Source: Candidatus Obscuribacterales bacterium | Lineage (GTDB): Bacteria > Cyanobacteriota > Vampirovibrionia > Obscuribacterales > Obscuribacteraceae | Assembly (NCBI GenBank): GCA_019752635.1 | Contig: JAIELX010000059.1 | Coordinates: 63,191 to 127,190, forward strand | Direction of reading: 5' to 3' | DNA: 64,000 nucleotides | The notes under the pieces: model-generated | Database searches by the model: none | The model's input: the letters and a program-made list of their open reading frames with translations, nothing else | What the model was told of the DNA's origin: nothing | Shown: positions 60,817 to 64,000 of the stretch, in pieces | Numbering within the stretch: the stretch's first letter is position 1 | How the letters are laid out: every line of letters begins with the position of its first letter | Translations under genes and position numbers: made by a program

Positions 60817-61170
60817 TTAGAACAATCCAACATGAAGTAAGCGTTTGATTGAGAAATCGAAGAGATGACTTTTCTCTTCAATAATTACCGGTGAGGTAAG
60901 TGTCTTTTCAATGAGTACCGGGGTTTGAACGCATTTTTCCATCAAAACCGGTGCGGTCGCGCAACTGTCGGTAAGAACCGGAGCGCTAACGCAGTTATCC
61001 ATCAGTACAGGCTGCTCGATAGCTTTCTGCATCAAGATGGGGGTTTCGATAGTCCTCGTGTATGTGCGCGTCTTAAAATGGCTTGCAGCCTGCGCATCCT
61101 GAGGAATTGCCGTTCCAACCAGTGCCAGAGCCGCCATTGCTAGCGTTGTACTGATAATTCTGTTTTTCAT
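60817..61170 (-). CDS. secreted decapeptide-repeat protein, paralogue of 59919-60524
   Basis: AAGGAG lies 8 nt upstream of the ATG. Signal peptide MKNRIISTTLAMAALALVGTAIPQDAQA. Repeats: IETPILMQKA IEQPVLMDNC VSAPVLTDSC ATAPVLMEKC VQTPVLIEKT LTSPVIIEEK. Tail: SHLFDFSIKRLLHVGLF. Confidence 0.75.
   Translation of the reverse strand: MKNRIISTTLAMAALALVGTAIPQDAQAASHFKTRTYTRTIETPILMQKAIEQPVLMDNCVSAPVLTDSCATAPVLMEKCVQTPVLIEKTLTSPVIIEEKSHLFDFSIKRLLHVGLF
60871..61050 (-). repeat. in-frame 30-nt tandem coding repeats (6 units)
   Basis: Period-10 peptide with Pro at position 4 and Cys at position 10 in three consecutive units. Confidence 0.75.
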
Positions 61171-61561
61171 TACAGAAGCTCCTTTGTGTAGTCACCCGTT
61201 AAGGTGCTCTAGTTGTCTACAGCCGTGGATTTCGACGGACGAATTTCAGCTTCGGTTCCCCGCGATTGGCTTTTGACGCTTGATGCGAGTGTGTACGTGA
61301 GGTATCCCTCTTGCTGTACACTTGTGTCGCGGCTCTGGAAACGCTTGCTGTACATCGTTGTACGGTAGTGCTATGGTTCGGGCTTCGGTTGCGCAAGTAA
61401 ATGATCGATTAATAAACTGAGACACATCGGTGCTGTACGGGCATCACCGATGGTGTCAAGTTCGACGAATGACCGCTCCGAACTTTCAAAAGGTGTTGCT
61501 TGTTGGCTATGAATATCTTGTACGGACTTGTAGAATTAGGAAGTCTTTTGGCAAGGAACGC

Positions 61562-62899
61562 ATGAAACCCAAGCTGAGCTTCTTTGATATTTGGAACATG
61601 AACTTCGGATTCCTCGGAATTCAGTTCGGTTGGGGGCTGCAACTAGCCAACATGAGCGCCATTTACAGCAAGCTCGGTGCCGAACCGGACAAGATTCCCA
61701 TTCTCTGGCTGGCCGGTCCTGTAACCGGTTTACTGGTTCAACCGATCATCGGGGCCATGAGCGATCGCACCTGGGGACCACTGGGCAGACGTCGCCCTTA
61801 CTTTCTTACCGGCGCCATCTTTGCCAGCATCGCTTTGTTTCTCATGCCGGACTCGCCTGCGCTTTTGTTTGCGGCCTCGTTGCTTTGGATTCTGGACGCC
61901 AGCATTAACATCAGCATGGAACCGTTCCGCGCCTTCGTCGCGGACAAACTGAACGTCGAGCAGCGCACGTTCGGCTTCATTATGCAAAGCTTTTTTATTG
62001 GAATCGGCGCGACGTTAGCAAATGCGTTACCGCTTATCTTTAGAACCTTCGGTGTAAATGGAGCTGGCTCTAACGGCGTGCCTTTAACCGTGCAATATTC
62101 ATTTCGCATTGGCGCCGTGATGTTTCTGCTGTGCGTGCTCTGGACCGTTTTCAGCACAAAGGAATATCCCCCGGAGGATATGGACGAGTTCAATCGGAAG
62201 AAAGAGCAAAATAGAGGCATCGGAGGGCTGCTAAAAGAGGTTGTTCGTGAGATACCCGCGGCCGTTGCTGAAATGCCGCGAACCATGAAACAGCTGGCGG
62301 CGGTGCAAATTTTCACCTGGCTCGGGCTGTTTTGCATGTGGATGTTTTTCGGTTTGACCACTGCCTACCATGTCTTTCACGCGCCCGACCCGAAGTCCGA
62401 GATGTTCGATCGGGCTACTGAATGGGCTGGTTGGTGTTTTGCAATCTACTCGGTTGTCTGTTTTCTTGTGGCTTTTGTCTTGCCTAAGGTGTCTCAAAAG
62501 CTTGGTCGCAAACTAACGCACGCGATAGCGCTGGTATTGGGTGGACTCAGTCTGCTTTCGATTTACTTTATTCATGATAAGGAAATGCTGCAGCTAACCA
62601 TGATCGGCGTCGGCATCGCTTGGGCGTCCATCCTGTCCATGCCGTACGCCATACTGTCCGGAGCTGTCCCGCAGGAGCGCACTGGCGTTTATATGGGCGT
62701 TTTCAACTTCTTTATCGTGATACCGGAGATATTGGCGGCGTTGTGTTTTGAACCGTTGGTGCATCACGTATTTCATAACAATCCGCTCTATGTAGTGATG
62801 ACGGGTGGTGCCTCATTACTGATTGCGGCCGCTCTGGTCGCTCGTGTTGAAGACAATGCCGATCCGGTAGCTGTCACTTCTGGAAGCGGCGGACACTAA
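61562..62899 (+). CDS. MFS transporter, GPH/SLC45 (sucrose-proton-symporter-like) family
   Basis: ATG 61562 (MKPKLSFFDIW). N-terminal signature GFLGIQFGWGLQLANMSAIY...WLAGPVTGLLVQPIIGAMSDRTWGPLGRRRPY. 12-TM-like layout. Confidence 0.8.
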   Translation: MKPKLSFFDIWNMNFGFLGIQFGWGLQLANMSAIYSKLGAEPDKIPILWLAGPVTGLLVQPIIGAMSDRTWGPLGRRRPYFLTGAIFASIALFLMPDSPALLFAASLLWILDASINISMEPFRAFVADKLNVEQRTFGFIMQSFFIGIGATLANALPLIFRTFGVNGAGSNGVPLTVQYSFRIGAVMFLLCVLWTVFSTKEYPPEDMDEFNRKKEQNRGIGGLLKEVVREIPAAVAEMPRTMKQLAAVQIFTWLGLFCMWMFFGLTTAYHVFHAPDPKSEMFDRATEWAGWCFAIYSVVCFLVAFVLPKVSQKLGRKLTHAIALVLGGLSLLSIYFIHDKEMLQLTMIGVGIAWASILSMPYAILSGAVPQERTGVYMGVFNFFIVIPEILAALCFEPLVHHVFHNNPLYVVMTGGASLLIAAALVARVEDNADPVAVTSGSGGH

Positions 62900-62910
62900 G
62901 CGGGATCGGC

Positions 62911-63336
62911 ATGAACAAGTATGACCCTGTTAATCCCGACCACTGCCTGGTATCGCCCGAACGCAAGAAGCGTTTCTTATCGACTGTTTTTCTATTTTTC
63001 GTAATTTGTGGATGCTTTACTTATTGGGTCTTTGCCTCGCGACTTGTGTTCGCCGTTGGCACGATCGTTTCGGCGCATGTATTTGAATCGGCGGCAGCTT
63101 CATCTGATGAGGGACACCGCGTGCGAAATTACTTACGCGGCGAGATTAGGCGAAGAATTGAAGTTGGAGACGCTCCTGGAGAAAGCGAAAAATGGTGGTA
63201 CTCGGTGCTGCTTTCGTCGGATGAGTTTAAGGTCGCAGAGGAAGCTTGGAGCGATCCGGCGTTGGAAGCCCCGCCCGCGTATAGCCCGGATGCCGTTGAT
63301 GAGACCGGCTCGGATGCGAAGGATTCGTCACAGTAA
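62911..63336 (+). CDS. hypothetical membrane protein
   Basis: 141-aa ORF starting 12 nt after the MFS gene. It has two TM helices and an acidic tail. Confidence 0.5.
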   Translation: MNKYDPVNPDHCLVSPERKKRFLSTVFLFFVICGCFTYWVFASRLVFAVGTIVSAHVFESAAASSDEGHRVRNYLRGEIRRRIEVGDAPGESEKWWYSVLLSSDEFKVAEEAWSDPALEAPPAYSPDAVDETGSDAKDSSQ

Positions 63337-64000
63337 CTGTTGGTCCTTCGGTGCTTCCGCAATTTGCGAATTGTTCTTCCGTATCTCCAGCGCTTTACTC
63401 ATTACGCCGATGTAGTGACTGTTCACGCTTTGGTGTAAATTCCGCCCTGGCGTCGCTACTTCGCTGTATTTGAATATAATCGCGTATCGCGCTACTTTCG
63501 ATGGTGGCATCAGCTTCAGCGGATTGTCATAGTCCTTGATCATGCAAGTGCGGGAGAGCCCGTCTTTATCGAGCATTCGTTCCAGTCGGCCGGCCAGGTG
63601 CCGGCTGTCTCTCACCGTGTCGTTGAAGAAGTTGTGAAAGAACCGGCTGCCGTCATGCAGGTCCTTTATGTGTGATTGCAGCCAGGCATCGAAGGTGTCA
63701 CCCGTGTAGAGTGAGTCCAAAAGAGTAATGCCTCTGACTTTGTCCTCTAACCCGTTGCGGGAAACTTCCGATGCGGTGGCGCGAAAACCGCCGGAGAAGG
63801 TCGAGACGTAGATGTCCGCCACATTGTTTAACGATGTTGTTTTGAGCGGTTCTGTTCTTTGAAAAATTTCGGTCAGCATGGCCTTGAAGAAGCCTGGTTT
63901 GTGAAACTGACCCGCGTTGCTGCTATATGCGGAGGGCTCTAATGCCCATTCCGGCATTATAAAGACAGTATTGGGCGGATTGGCTTCTAGTTGCTTCTGC
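63328..64000 (-). CDS. hypothetical protein, 5'-truncated by window edge (possibly hydrolase-like)
   Basis: The frame stays open upstream of Met 63957 to the right window edge. STFSGGF is weakly reminiscent of a nucleophile elbow. No firm assignment. Confidence 0.5.
   Translation of the reverse strand, partial: QKQLEANPPNTVFIMPEWALEPSAYSSNAGQFHKPGFFKAMLTEIFQRTEPLKTTSLNNVADIYVSTFSGGFRATASEVSRNGLEDKVRGITLLDSLYTGDTFDAWLQSHIKDLHDGSRFFHNFFNDTVRDSRHLAGRLERMLDKDGLSRTCMIKDYDNPLKLMPPSKVARYAIIFKYSEVATPGRNLHQSVNSHYIGVMSKALEIRKNNSQIAEAPKDQQLL

Overview
Densely coding chromosomal segment with genes on both strands. It looks like a diderm-type bacterium, but the taxon cannot be placed because the window has no rRNA or marker gene. 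GC looks moderate by eye (not computed). I support about 55 CDS, two tRNAs (Lys-CTT and Arg-TCT, minus strand, about 19.95-20.11 kb), several intrinsic terminators and one leader attenuator candidate. I did not recognise any CRISPR array, IS element, integrase or prophage genes.

The most unusual part is the left 17 kb, organised around a divergent promoter at 6580-6858.
- Three collinear paralogues sit here: A 1703-4036, B 4558-6579, C 6859-8961.
- All three share an acidic N-terminal leader and a roughly 175-aa C-terminal module that ends in a hydrophobic helix. I cannot assign that module to a named domain.
- Their cores differ. A has an FHA domain plus a PI3/PI4-kinase-like core. C has an FHA domain plus the same fold with the catalytic residues substituted. 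B has a core that resembles OspF/SpvC/HopA1-type phospho-Ser/Thr lyases.
- Each arm also carries a small ORF. The right arm continues into a 2508-aa HEAT-repeat giant protein.
- My best candidate for an undescribed system is therefore a split writer/reader/eliminator set for phospho-Ser/Thr. The domain calls come from motif recognition only and need profile searches.

Other islands of interest:
- a SulP-STAS transporter fused to a beta-carbonic-anhydrase-like domain
- an exosortase-EpsI fusion translationally coupled to a single polytopic VIT-vWA substrate with a non-canonical VPESD C-terminal sorting signal
- next to it, a GGDEF protein with a degenerate active site but an intact I-site
- an ABC-2 transporter operon with a decayed partial tandem duplication and a terminator-like leader hairpin
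- two secreted paralogues built from Pro/Cys-periodic decapeptide repeats

The rest looks like ordinary housekeeping: RlmI, PBP1A, a GH13 amylase, a trypsin-like protease, DUF2252, a matrixin-like protease and an MFS transporter. All start codons are inferred by eye and remain uncertain.
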